This document shows positions 38,666 to 48,694 of a stretch of 64,000 nt of DNA, one piece after another. Within the stretch, counting starts at the first letter, position 1. Each line of letters begins with the position of its first letter. This DNA is from a bacterium (GTDB lineage Bacteria > UBA8248 > JACPRG01 > G963555815), in contig OZ244653.1 in assembly GCA_965218795.1 (NCBI GenBank), positions 3,104,001 through 3,168,000 on the forward strand, read 5' to 3'. Both the position numbers and the translations under genes were made by a program. Below the pieces are notes generated by a model. The model saw nothing but the letters and a program-made list of their open reading frames with translations, made no database searches and was not told where the DNA came from.

Positions 38666-40147
38666 CTAATGCCCGGTCGCCTCTTCCAGGTTGACCTCGA
38701 TGAATTCAGCAATAGAAGGATGAACGCGCTGCACCTCGTGGAACATCTGCTGAGCCACCCGCCGATAGGTGAAATGGCCGTTCGGGGCGCTCCTCAGCTT
38801 GACGACGTGCATGATCTCGCGGAGGTTGAGCGTCCAGAGCAGTCGGCGCCGGTGGGCGTTCAGGACGAAGTAACGCGCCTCGTTGGGGAAATCCTTCGAG
38901 TACCTGTCAAAACAGGATTCCGCCTGTTCAACCCCCGCCATGTAGTCCTCGCGGGCGTCTGCGTCATCAATGAGTTCGGGAGTGACGAACCCGTGCCGGA
39001 TGGTCGGCGGCTGGACGCTCTGCGTACACATCCTGTGCCGTTTGAGGTCCAGGTAGGCGCCCTGGTCGACCAGGCACTCGAAGGTGTAGGTCAGGTGCTC
39101 CATCTGGCGGAGGGGAATGTCGAAGCGATCAAGCCGCCGGAGGGCTTCTTCGATGACGGCGCGTTTTCGATCGTCGGGCAGACCCGCCACGCGCCCGCGA
39201 AGCTCCTCATAGGGAACGTCGGTATGGGGATACAGGATGGCGGCCGCGAGGCTGGATTCCGGATCTTCGGGATATTCAAGGAGACGGGTGTAGCTCTCCT
39301 CATCCGATACGGGTTCCGAGGCGGCCATGTCTTCCGCCAGCAATTGCACCGCCTCCCGGGTCTCCGACATGTAGGCGTTGTAGTCGGCATATTTCACGAG
39401 CGTGGGCACGGCCTGCTGGCAGACCTCTTTCAAGGTATCGCCGATTTGACGGATCTCGCTCAGCTCGTGACTTACCATCTTGCGGATGGCGTGCTCCAGC
39501 ACCCGGGCGTTGGCCGTCATGCCCACGTTGGCCAGCGCGGAAACGGGCAGGAGGAACCTCGCGCGGTCCAGGGCGTAAGCCCGCACGCGCACGCCGTAGC
39601 CCCGGTCGGATTCGCCTTCGCGCCGGGGAAGCCGCCCGGACCTCCGAAGGAAGGCGTCCAGCTTGTTCTGGAGGCCGAGGTAGTTTTCGAACATCCAGCG
39701 GGTCGCCTCCCGGTACTCTCCGGCCAGGGGGGAGGCGTCGATCTCCTCTGGAACGTAATAGTCGTCCACCGAGAAGATCTGGTAGCGGGAGGACTTCTCT
39801 GTATAGGAGGCGAGCCGGTTGGCCTCGATGACTTCGGTGGCGTACCGGCTCACGTTCTCGATGGCGATGGAGAGGACGGCGTGCTCGGCGACCGAGGCGT
39901 GCCCGTAGCCCACCACCCATTTCTCGTGAAACCGGGCGGAGGACTCATCCGTCAGCTCTTCGGCAATCTCATCGAAGGCCTTCGGCGACCGGCTCGTCTT
40001 GGCAAAGGCGACCGCCACGATTTCGGGCGGAAGATCCTTCAACAAATATACCCGACGACTTTTGCCTGTTTGTGGACTGCCGGGGTTTTGGGGGGCAGGG
40101 TTTCCGATGGAGGATTTCGCAACCGACGCCGACTCTGGGCTCATCAC
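38666..40147 (-). CDS. thyX: FAD-dependent thymidylate synthase, tandem two-domain form
   Basis: Domain 1 has YGHASVAEH, NRLASYTEKSSRY and ARFLLP; domain 2 has DLKRHR, RYFVL and LR..PNGHFTYR. Confidence 0.85.
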   Translation of the reverse strand: MMSPESASVAKSSIGNPAPQNPGSPQTGKSRRVYLLKDLPPEIVAVAFAKTSRSPKAFDEIAEELTDESSARFHEKWVVGYGHASVAEHAVLSIAIENVSRYATEVIEANRLASYTEKSSRYQIFSVDDYYVPEEIDASPLAGEYREATRWMFENYLGLQNKLDAFLRRSGRLPRREGESDRGYGVRVRAYALDRARFLLPVSALANVGMTANARVLEHAIRKMVSHELSEIRQIGDTLKEVCQQAVPTLVKYADYNAYMSETREAVQLLAEDMAASEPVSDEESYTRLLEYPEDPESSLAAAILYPHTDVPYEELRGRVAGLPDDRKRAVIEEALRRLDRFDIPLRQMEHLTYTFECLVDQGAYLDLKRHRMCTQSVQPPTIRHGFVTPELIDDADAREDYMAGVEQAESCFDRYSKDFPNEARYFVLNAHRRRLLWTLNLREIMHVVKLRSAPNGHFTYRRVAQQMFHEVQRVHPSIAEFIEVNLEEATGH

Positions 40148-40335
40148 ACCGCTGCTTTCAGGAAGGGATTCTGCGAGGCTGAATTTCTGCAGGCGGAGAG
40201 GCCTGCGCTTCTTATATCAGATGGCGTTTCCGGGAGCAAATTCGAGCCGCCAATTGACATGCCGGCGGCAACTGGACGACGAGTGCGGGGCTTTCAGGCG
40301 ACTCCCCGACTGAGACTCTCGGGGGCATGGGAGGC

Positions 40336-41820
40336 CTAATGGGCCAAGGCGACGGCGGAGAGACCTTTCAAGAGTCCGGCCACGGAGGTCTGGGCGGCGC
40401 TGAAGAAGGGATGAGGATACAGCCCGATGAACAGGACGCCGATCACCATGATCGCGATGCCGACCGTCAAGGGGAAGGAATTCGACGTCTGAATCCGGCC
40501 CGTCGGTTCTTCCATATACATCAGCATGACGACGCGGAAGTAGTAATAAAGCGATATCGCGCTGTTCAGCATCCCGATGATGGCCAGCCAAACGAACCCG
40601 GCATCAATCGCCGCCGCAAAGAGGTAGAACTTGCCCACGAAACCTCCGGTCGGCGGGATTCCCGTCAAGCTGAGGAAGAAGATCACCAAAGCCAGGGAGG
40701 GCCAGGGATGCTCCCGGGCGAAACCCCGGAAGTCCTCCAGGTTGTCTCCCCGCATGTTCGGCCGGCAGAGGAGGATGATCAGCGCGAAAGCCCCGAGGTT
40801 CGTAAAGAGATAAGCCGCCATGTACAGCATGATGCTGGCGATCCCGGTGCTCGTCGCCACGACGAGCCCGATCAGGATATATCCGGCGTGCGCGATGCTG
40901 GAATAGGCCAACAGCCGCTTGAGGTTGGACTGGACGAGAGCGCCAATGTTGCCCCAGGTCATCGTGACCACCGCCAGGAGCCAGAGCAGGATGGTCCACT
41001 CGTCCTGGGAGCGGCCGAGGCCGACCATAAAAACCCGCACCAGAGCGGCGAAGGCGGCCGCCTTGGTCCCGACGGACATGAAGGCCGTAATGGGGGTGGG
41101 GGCTCCCTGATAGGCGTCCGGCGCCCACATGTGAAACGGCACCAAAGCCACTTTGAAGGCAAATCCGGCCGTCAGCAGGATGATGGACAGGGTCAGCAGG
41201 GGACTGGAGCCCGAGGGCTTTCCCAGGAGGGCCTCGCGGATGCCGTCCAGATAAATCGTTCCGGTGTATCCGTAAATGAGCGCGATCCCGTACAGGACGA
41301 TGGCCGAGCTGAATATCCCAAGCAGGAAATACTTGATGCCCCCTTCCTGCGACGCCAAGTCGCGCTTGAGAAAGCCCACCAGAATGTAAACGGGGATGGA
41401 GAGCAGCTCCAGGCCGATATAAATGGTCAACAGGTCGTTGCCCGAAGCCATGACCATCATGCCGATGGTCGAGAACAGCAGGAGGGAATAGTATTCACCC
41501 AGATTGATCTCTTCGATCTTCAGATAACGGAAGGAGATCAAGACGGTCAGGAAGGTGACGCCCAAAAAGATGAACTTGAAAAACGTGGAGAAATCGTCTA
41601 CCCGGTACATTCCGCCGAACGCCCGAGTGTCCTGTCCCACCATCCGGGCCAAAAAAATTCCAGTGACGACCAGTCCCACCAAAGTGAGGAACCCCACGAA
41701 GCCCTTTCGGGAGGGTGAGAGGAACAGATCCACCAGGATCACCAGGCAGACCAGGGCCGTCATGATGATCTCGGGCAGGATCGGGCCCAACTGAACCGTT
41801 GGCAGGAGAATGGGTTCCAT
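40336..41820 (-). CDS. nuoN: NADH-quinone oxidoreductase subunit N (operon 2)
   Basis: LELLS, EGGIKYF, FKVALVPFHMWAPDAYQGAP and KRLLAYSSIAHAGY. Confidence 0.95.
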   Translation of the reverse strand: MEPILLPTVQLGPILPEIIMTALVCLVILVDLFLSPSRKGFVGFLTLVGLVVTGIFLARMVGQDTRAFGGMYRVDDFSTFFKFIFLGVTFLTVLISFRYLKIEEINLGEYYSLLLFSTIGMMVMASGNDLLTIYIGLELLSIPVYILVGFLKRDLASQEGGIKYFLLGIFSSAIVLYGIALIYGYTGTIYLDGIREALLGKPSGSSPLLTLSIILLTAGFAFKVALVPFHMWAPDAYQGAPTPITAFMSVGTKAAAFAALVRVFMVGLGRSQDEWTILLWLLAVVTMTWGNIGALVQSNLKRLLAYSSIAHAGYILIGLVVATSTGIASIMLYMAAYLFTNLGAFALIILLCRPNMRGDNLEDFRGFAREHPWPSLALVIFFLSLTGIPPTGGFVGKFYLFAAAIDAGFVWLAIIGMLNSAISLYYYFRVVMLMYMEEPTGRIQTSNSFPLTVGIAIMVIGVLFIGLYPHPFFSAAQTSVAGLLKGLSAVALAH

Positions 41821-41823
41821 GGT

Positions 41824-43461
41824 TTACTTTTCCGGCGCGCTCCGGAAGGCCTTTGAAACGATCTCTCGGACTTCCCGGGCCGACCCGGGCGGCGACTTGG
41901 GCACGACAGGACGCGCGAACGCCTTGCCGTCGATGGGCTTGCCCGCTTTCGCCAGTTCCATCTGCTTCACGAGGTTTTTGACCGCGGGCTCCATCAGGTT
42001 GATGAACGGTTTCGGATAGATTCCGATCCAGAACATGAGGAGAATAATCGGCATCATGTAGACGACTTCCCGCACGTTCAGATCCGTCAAATTCTGGTTC
42101 TCGGGCTTATCGAGGTTTCCGAACATCATCCGTTGGAAGAGCCAGAGCATGTATGCCGCCCCCAGGACAATACCCGCCACCGCAAAGCCCGCATAGACCT
42201 TGCTGACCTGGAATGCGCCCACCAGGATCAGGAACTCACCGATAAATCCGTTCAGCCCCGGCAGGCCGATCGAAGAGAACATGGTGATCGCGAAGATGAC
42301 GGTGAAGATTGGGACGACCTTCGAGAGGCCGCCGTAATCGGCGATCAACCTCGTATGACGCCGCTCATAGATGATTCCGACAATCAGGAAGAGCGCCCCC
42401 GTGGAGAGACCGTGGTTGAGGTTTTGAAGGAGAGCGCCCACCAGCCCCTGAGAGTTGAGGGCGAATATGCCCAGCATGACAAAGCCCAAGTGACTCACTG
42501 AGCTGTAGGCCACGAGCTTCTTGACGTCCTGCTGCGCCATGGCGACCAGAGCCCCGTAAATGATGCCGACAATGGCCAACAGCGCCATGAACGGGACCAT
42601 CGTCTCACTCGCCTGCGGCACCAACGGCAAATTGAAACGGACGAAACCGTAGGTTCCCATCTTCAGCAGCACGCCCGCCAGGATCACACTCCCGGCCGTG
42701 GGAGCCTCCACATGCGCGTCGGGCAGCCACGTGTGGAATGGAAACATGGGAACCTTGATGGCGAACCCCACGAAGAGCGCCAGGAAGACCCAGAACTGGT
42801 AGTCCGCAGGAAGCCTGGGCGCCATCCGATAAAGCTCGAGGAGATTGAACGTCAGCTCGCCCGAGCCGTACGCCGGGTTGGCGTTCAGGAAATACAGGGC
42901 CAGGAAGCCCAGCAGAAGGAGGACGCTGCCCACCAGCGTATACAGAAAGAACTTGATGGCCGCGTAAAGCTTTCTGGGCCCGCCCCAGATCCCGATCAGG
43001 AAGTACATCGGGACGAGCATCACCTCCCAGAAGATATAGAACAGGAACAGATCCAGCGAAACGAAGACGCCCAGCATCCCTGTCTCGAGAATGAGGAGGC
43101 TGATGTAGTACTCTTTTTCACGTTCCCCAATGGCTTTGTAGGAACAAAGAATCGAGATCGAGGAGAGAAGGGTCGTCAAGAGAATCAGAAGGATGCTGAT
43201 GCCGTCCAGGCCCATGAAGTAGGTGACGCCGATGGACGGGATCCAAGTGTATTGCTCCACAAACTGCATTCGGACGTTGTTGGCGTCGAAGGCCGGCAAC
43301 AGCCAGAGGGAAAGGGCCAGGGTGATCAGCGATACGATCAGGGTGAAGTTCCTGATGGCCGCCGCCTTCTCCCGGGGGAAGAAGAGCATCACGATGAAGG
43401 CCCCGATGATGGGGACAAAAACCATATAGGTCAAAACCGGGAAACCCAGAACGTTCGTCAT
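41824..43461 (-). CDS. nuoM: NADH-quinone oxidoreductase subunit M (operon 2)
   Basis: FWEVMLVPMY, IKVPMFPFHTWLPDAHVEAPT and KKLVAYSSVSHLG. Confidence 0.95.
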   Translation of the reverse strand: MTNVLGFPVLTYMVFVPIIGAFIVMLFFPREKAAAIRNFTLIVSLITLALSLWLLPAFDANNVRMQFVEQYTWIPSIGVTYFMGLDGISILLILLTTLLSSISILCSYKAIGEREKEYYISLLILETGMLGVFVSLDLFLFYIFWEVMLVPMYFLIGIWGGPRKLYAAIKFFLYTLVGSVLLLLGFLALYFLNANPAYGSGELTFNLLELYRMAPRLPADYQFWVFLALFVGFAIKVPMFPFHTWLPDAHVEAPTAGSVILAGVLLKMGTYGFVRFNLPLVPQASETMVPFMALLAIVGIIYGALVAMAQQDVKKLVAYSSVSHLGFVMLGIFALNSQGLVGALLQNLNHGLSTGALFLIVGIIYERRHTRLIADYGGLSKVVPIFTVIFAITMFSSIGLPGLNGFIGEFLILVGAFQVSKVYAGFAVAGIVLGAAYMLWLFQRMMFGNLDKPENQNLTDLNVREVVYMMPIILLMFWIGIYPKPFINLMEPAVKNLVKQMELAKAGKPIDGKAFARPVVPKSPPGSAREVREIVSKAFRSAPEK

Positions 43462-43558
43462 TGCAATCGGTCCTTTACATCGCGTCCGGGCGACGGGTCT
43501 TTTCCGACGTCATGCCCGAGAGCTCAGTCATCCGTCCAGTGCGGATTCCGTCCCTCCG

Positions 43559-45595
43559 TTATCCATACAAGAGGTACAAACTCAGAATGATGAATACACC
43601 GATGAGCATGGCGAGGGCATAGTTCTGAACAGCCCCGGTCTGAACCCGCCGGAGGCCCCGCCCCCAATTCGTCAGGATCACACCGATCCCGTTGACGGCC
43701 CCGTCCACCGTCCGCAGGTCAAAGACACCTGACAACCTGCTGGACCAAACGGTCACCCAGGAGGTCCCGTTGACGGCCCCGTCCACGCCCTTGGAGTCCA
43801 CCCAAAACAGGGCCCGCATCAGCCAAAGTATCGGTCGGATGATGCAGGCATCGTAAATCTCGTCCACCCAATACTTGTTCAGCAGCAGGCGATAGGTGCC
43901 CTGGAATCTATCGGTCAGGCGATTGGCCAGATCCAGGTTCTTCGTGTACATGTGCCGGGCGAGCATCCACCCGCTGACCCCGACGACAACGGAGACCGCC
44001 GCCAGAATCCAATGCAGCGCGCCCGATGAACCGCCCCCCGCCGCCGCTGCCAGCTGAATTCCCGCAGGCGCCGCGGCATGGGAAGAAGCCCTGAAAACGG
44101 GCGCCATATAATCCGAAAACCAGTGCAGCCCCGGCATATCCACCCAACCGCCAATCGCCGCCAAAACCGCCAGGATCATCAACGGGATCGTGATGACCGA
44201 TGGTGACTCGTGCAGATGGTGCGCCGCCTCATGGCCCACCCGAGACTCGCCGTAAAAGGTCATGTAGATCAGCCGGAACATGTAAAAAGCCGTCATGAAC
44301 GCCCCGATCAGCCCGATCACGTAGAGCGTGTAATGGCCCGATTCGAACGTCCCGGCCAGAATGGAGTCCTTGCTGAAGAAACCCGCGAACGGGGGAATCC
44401 CCGCGATGGCCAGCGCACCGATGTAGAACGTGATCGCAGTGACGGGCATGTGCTTGCGGAGCCCGCCCATATAACGCATGTCCTGCCGCCGCGCCTCGTC
44501 CGGATCCCCGTGGAGGGCGTGGATGACGCTCCCCGATCCCAGAAAGAGCAGTCCCTTGAAGAAGGCGTGAGTCATCAGGTGAAAGATCGCGAAGGAAAAG
44601 GCTCCCACGCCGCAGCCCAGGAACATATAGCCCAACTGACTCACGGTCGAATAGGCCAGGACCCGTTTGATGTCGTTCTGCACCAGCCCGATAGCCGCCG
44701 CGAATATCGCCGTCAGCCCGCCGATAATCGCCACGATTTCCATTGAGACGGGAGCCAGCAGGTACAGGGCGCTGGATCGGGCCACCATATAAACCCCCGC
44801 CGTCACCATGGTGGCGGCATGGATGAGCGCGCTGACGGGAGTCGGGCCTTCCATGGCGTCGGGCAGCCACACATACAGCGGAATCTGCGCCGATTTTCCG
44901 ACCGCGCCGATGAACAGACAAATCGTGATGAAGGTGGCGGAGGAGGCGATGGCGGAGCCGGGCCCCGCGGCCCGGGCCTGATCGATCACCCCGTCCCCGC
45001 CAAAATAAGCGAGGGTGCCGAAGACCTGGAAGATCATGAACACGCCCAGGAGGAAACCCGCGTCACCGATTCGGTTGACGATGAAGGCCTTCTTCCCCGC
45101 GTCGGACGCGGACTTCTTGTGGTACCAGAAACCAATCAGCAGATAAGAGCACAGCCCCACGCCCTCCCAGCCGACGAACATCAGCAGGTAGTTGTTCCCC
45201 AGGATCAGGATCAGCATGGCGAACATGAAGAGATTCAGGTACGTGAAGAACCGTGCGTAACCCGGATCGCCGTGCATATAGCCGATGGAATAGACGTGGA
45301 TCAGGAAGCCCACACCCGCTACGACAAGCAGCATGACCGAGCTCAGCGGATCGAGACGAAAGCCCACTTCCGTTTTCAGCGTTCCAGCCAGAACCCAGTC
45401 GAAAAGGGTGACTTCGATCGTCCTGCCCTGCAGGATCGTCTGGTTGAGGACGATCAGGGCGAAGAGAAGCGAGAGGGCCGTCGACAGGATGGCGATCCAG
45501 TGCGCCTTCCTGCCGGTCCACCGGCCGAAGAGACCGTTGATCAGGGCTCCCAGACCAGGCAACGCGACAATCCAAGGAATGAGTTGTTCGGCCAT
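43559..45595 (-). CDS. nuoL: NADH-quinone oxidoreductase subunit L (operon 2) with a lengthened amphipathic helix
   Basis: GWEGVG, GKSAQIPLYVWLPDAMEGPTPVSALIHAATMV and HAFFK; VDGAVNG occurs twice, 26 aa apart. Confidence 0.95.
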   Translation of the reverse strand: MAEQLIPWIVALPGLGALINGLFGRWTGRKAHWIAILSTALSLLFALIVLNQTILQGRTIEVTLFDWVLAGTLKTEVGFRLDPLSSVMLLVVAGVGFLIHVYSIGYMHGDPGYARFFTYLNLFMFAMLILILGNNYLLMFVGWEGVGLCSYLLIGFWYHKKSASDAGKKAFIVNRIGDAGFLLGVFMIFQVFGTLAYFGGDGVIDQARAAGPGSAIASSATFITICLFIGAVGKSAQIPLYVWLPDAMEGPTPVSALIHAATMVTAGVYMVARSSALYLLAPVSMEIVAIIGGLTAIFAAAIGLVQNDIKRVLAYSTVSQLGYMFLGCGVGAFSFAIFHLMTHAFFKGLLFLGSGSVIHALHGDPDEARRQDMRYMGGLRKHMPVTAITFYIGALAIAGIPPFAGFFSKDSILAGTFESGHYTLYVIGLIGAFMTAFYMFRLIYMTFYGESRVGHEAAHHLHESPSVITIPLMILAVLAAIGGWVDMPGLHWFSDYMAPVFRASSHAAAPAGIQLAAAAGGGSSGALHWILAAVSVVVGVSGWMLARHMYTKNLDLANRLTDRFQGTYRLLLNKYWVDEIYDACIIRPILWLMRALFWVDSKGVDGAVNGTSWVTVWSSRLSGVFDLRTVDGAVNGIGVILTNWGRGLRRVQTGAVQNYALAMLIGVFIILSLYLLYG

Positions 45596-45605
45596 GCTCA
45601 GCGAC

Positions 45606-45908
45606 TCACCACTTGAGGATGTTGATCTCGTCCACGTTCAGCGTGGCTTTTCTACGGTTCAGTGAAATGATGAAGGCCAGACCGACCGCCGCCTCGACGG
45701 CGGCAACCGTGATCACGAAGATGACGAACATCTGCCCCATCATGTTTCCGTTCATTTTGGCGAACGCGATGAACGTCAGGTTGACGGCGTTCAGCATCAA
45801 CTCAATCGACATCAGAATCATGATGACGTTCCGCCGCGTCACGACGCCGATCCCGCCGATGACAAAGACCATCCCGGCGAGGGCCAGGTAGTATTCGCCC
45901 GGTACCAT
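45606..45908 (-). CDS. nuoK: NADH-quinone oxidoreductase subunit K (operon 2)
   Basis: RRN...MSIELMLNA and [10 protein letters not shown]; start MVPGEYY. Confidence 0.93.
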   Translation of the reverse strand: MVPGEYYLALAGMVFVIGGIGVVTRRNVIMILMSIELMLNAVNLTFIAFAKMNGNMMGQMFVIFVITVAAVEAAVGLAFIISLNRRKATLNVDEINILKW

Positions 45909-45978
45909 CAGCGTTTCTCTCCCCGAAGGTCGCACGGGCCGGGCAGGCAAACCGGTTGAAGTCTCGCTTGTGTGGTCA

Positions 45979-46500
45979 TCACTCGATATTTCGCTTCGCC
46001 ATGACGATTGCGCCGATCATGGCCGCCAACAGCAACAGCGAAGTCACCTCAAAGGGAAAAAGGAACTGGGTGTAGAGCGTGGCGCCGAACGCCTCGGTGT
46101 TTCCCCCATATGCGTTCAAGACCGATTTCGCGGCTTCGGCCGTCTTCGCCGAAGGGGCCGCGATGCCCTTCGCAAAGATGGCCAGAAGCTCTACGGCGAG
46201 CAGAACCCCGATCACGGCCGCCGCAACCTTCTGGCGGTGCCACTGCCGCTCGGCCATCGACTCCCGGACGTTGATGAGCATGATGACAAAGACATAGAGC
46301 ATCATGATGGCGCCGGCGTAAATCAGCACCTGAATCGCCGCCAGGAATTCCGCTTCGAGCATGACGTACAGGGCGGCCGCGCAAAAGAGCGTCAGCAGCA
46401 GATAGAGCGCCGCGTGAACGACGTTTCGTCGCGTGATCACCAGCACCGAAGCGATCAGCATGACGCCGCCAAAGAGTATGAAGAAGGCCCATTCCATCAA
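45979..46500 (-). CDS. nuoJ: NADH-quinone oxidoreductase subunit J (operon 2)
   Basis: [17 protein letters not shown] and [10 protein letters not shown]. Confidence 0.93.
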   Translation of the reverse strand: MMEWAFFILFGGVMLIASVLVITRRNVVHAALYLLLTLFCAAALYVMLEAEFLAAIQVLIYAGAIMMLYVFVIMLINVRESMAERQWHRQKVAAAVIGVLLAVELLAIFAKGIAAPSAKTAEAAKSVLNAYGGNTEAFGATLYTQFLFPFEVTSLLLLAAMIGAIVMAKRNIE

Positions 46501-46557
46501 TTCGACCGTCCTTTGCGCTTTCGATCCACCCCGGTCTGCGCGCCGCGCTCGGGCCGA

Positions 46558-47511
46558 TCAGACCAGGTACATCAAAAGTCCAGTCGCGAAGATATTGGCC
46601 AGAGCAAGGGGAAACATGATCTTCCATCCCAATCGCATGAGCTGGTCGTACCGGAACCGCGGCAACGTCGCACGGAGCCACATCATGAAGAACATGCCGA
46701 GGAACACCTTGATGATGAACCAGTGAACGCCCGGAACGATGGGGCCCAGGTAGCCGCCGAAGAAGACGACGGCGGCGACGGAGCAGACGATCAGCATGTT
46801 GGCGTACTCGGCCAGGAAGAAGAAGGCGAACTTCATCCCGCTGTATTCGGTATGGAACCCGGCCACCAGTTCGGTTTCAGCTTCGGGCAGGTCGAAAGGC
46901 ACCCGGTTGGTCTCCGCAAGTCCGGCGATGAAGAACAACACGAAGGCCAGAGGCTGGTAAAAGATATACCAAGCCTCTTGCTGACCCTCGACGATTCCCT
47001 TCATATTCAGAGTGCCCGCAACCATCAATGGCCCGATGAGGGCAAATCCCAGGAAAATCTCATAGGAGATCATCTGCGCAGCCGCTCGGAAGGCCCCGAG
47101 CATTGAATACTTGCTTCCCGAGGCCCAGCCCGCCATCACGACGCCGAATATCCCCAATGAGGAGACACCGACGATAAACAACAGACCAATGTTCAGGTTG
47201 GCGATAATGAACCCTTCGGAAAACGGGATCACGGAATAGACGACGAAGGCGGGGATCAGCGCAAGGAGAGGCGCGATCAGGAAGACCGCCTTGTCGGACT
47301 CCCGCGGAATGATGTCTTCCTTCAAAAAGAGCTTGAGTCCGTCGGCGATTGGCTGCAACAGCCCATGCGGTCCGACGCGCATCGGCCCCAGACGCACCTG
47401 CATATGGCCGATCACCTTCCTCTCCATATACGTCATATAGGCCACCACCAGGGACACGGTCCCCCACACGACGACGATCTTAATCACGGCAAAAACGGTT
47501 TCGACCCACAT
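46558..47511 (-). CDS. nuoH: NADH-quinone oxidoreductase subunit H (operon 2)
   Basis: [23 protein letters not shown] and [17 protein letters not shown]. Confidence 0.95.
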   Translation of the reverse strand: MWVETVFAVIKIVVVWGTVSLVVAYMTYMERKVIGHMQVRLGPMRVGPHGLLQPIADGLKLFLKEDIIPRESDKAVFLIAPLLALIPAFVVYSVIPFSEGFIIANLNIGLLFIVGVSSLGIFGVVMAGWASGSKYSMLGAFRAAAQMISYEIFLGFALIGPLMVAGTLNMKGIVEGQQEAWYIFYQPLAFVLFFIAGLAETNRVPFDLPEAETELVAGFHTEYSGMKFAFFFLAEYANMLIVCSVAAVVFFGGYLGPIVPGVHWFIIKVFLGMFFMMWLRATLPRFRYDQLMRLGWKIMFPLALANIFATGLLMYLV

Positions 47512-47550
47512 CCCTGGTCTGCTGACTCCCTTGCCGGACTGAGGCCTTGG

Positions 47551-48681
47551 TTAGCGGTCTACCTCGCCCAGGACAATGTCGATGCTCCCGATGGCCGCGA
47601 TGGCGTCGGCCACGAGCTGGTCCTGCAACATAAAGGGCAGGGCCTGAAGGTTGATGAAGGAAGGGGGCCGGATCCGCAGCCGGTAGGGCCGGTCCGTCCC
47701 GTCGCTCACAAGGTAATAGCCCAACTCCCCCTTCGGACTCTCGATCCGGTGGTAGACATCCCCCAGCTTCGGCTTGAGCGTCCTCGGCACCTTGGCCATC
47801 GTTCGTCCGGTCGGCAAATCGGAGACTGCCTGATCGATGATGTAGCAGCTCTGACGCATCTCTTCCAATCGGACGAGATAACGATCATAGGTGTCGCCGT
47901 TTTTCCCCACCGGAACGGTAAAGTCGAAATCCTCATAGGCGGCATACGGCTCGGCTTTGCGAATGTCGAACGGGACGCCGGCCCCCCGGATGATGGGCCC
48001 GCTGACGCCCAGATTGGTCGCGTCTTCCGCATTGAGCACCGCGACCCCGCGCGTGCGCTTCTGCCAGATCCGGTTCTCCGTCAGGAGGTCCTCGTAGTCG
48101 TACATCGCCCGGGGGAAATAGCGGACAAAATCTTCGCAGGCGAGGAAAAACTCGGTCGGCGGATCTTCAAAAATTCCACCGACACGGAAGCTGTGAACGG
48201 TGAGTCGCGCCCCGTAGGCGGTCTCAAACAGGTCCAGGATTTTCTCCCGGTCCCGGAAGCAATAGAGAAACACCGTCATGGCCCCGATATCCAGGGCGTG
48301 GGTGCCCAGCCAGAGCAGGTGGCTCGCAATACGGGTCAACTCCGCCGTGATGACGCGAACGTATTTGGCCCGGATGGGAACGTCCAGCTCCAGGAGCTTT
48401 TCGACGGTCTCAACGTAGCCCTCGTTGCCGGTGGGAGAGGCGACGTAGTCCGTTCGATCCGTATAAGGGACAAATTGGCCGTAGGCGAGATTTTCCCCGA
48501 TCTTCTCCACTCCGCGATGGAGGTAACCGATGTCGCAGTCGGTATGCTTGATGGTCTCACCGTCCAACTGGAGGATGACCCGGAGAACACCGTGGGTGCT
48601 GGGGTGCTGGGGCCCCATGTTCACCACCAGTTCTTCGGTCTGCGGAACGATGGGGTCGGTTTTCTCAGGCGCCTGAACCAC
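47551..48681 (-). CDS. nuoD: NADH-quinone oxidoreductase subunit D (operon 2)
   Basis: [24 protein letters not shown] and DIVLGEVDR; no NiFe CxxC motifs. Likely GTG start at 48681. Confidence 0.93.
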   Translation of the reverse strand: MVQAPEKTDPIVPQTEELVVNMGPQHPSTHGVLRVILQLDGETIKHTDCDIGYLHRGVEKIGENLAYGQFVPYTDRTDYVASPTGNEGYVETVEKLLELDVPIRAKYVRVITAELTRIASHLLWLGTHALDIGAMTVFLYCFRDREKILDLFETAYGARLTVHSFRVGGIFEDPPTEFFLACEDFVRYFPRAMYDYEDLLTENRIWQKRTRGVAVLNAEDATNLGVSGPIIRGAGVPFDIRKAEPYAAYEDFDFTVPVGKNGDTYDRYLVRLEEMRQSCYIIDQAVSDLPTGRTMAKVPRTLKPKLGDVYHRIESPKGELGYYLVSDGTDRPYRLRIRPPSFINLQALPFMLQDQLVADAIAAIGSIDIVLGEVDR

Positions 48682-48694
48682 TTGGGGTGTCCTC

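Noticed and set aside
40150-40335. Possible riboswitch upstream of thyX
   Set aside because: GC-rich hairpins only; I could not match a known aptamer consensus. An Rfam search would be needed.
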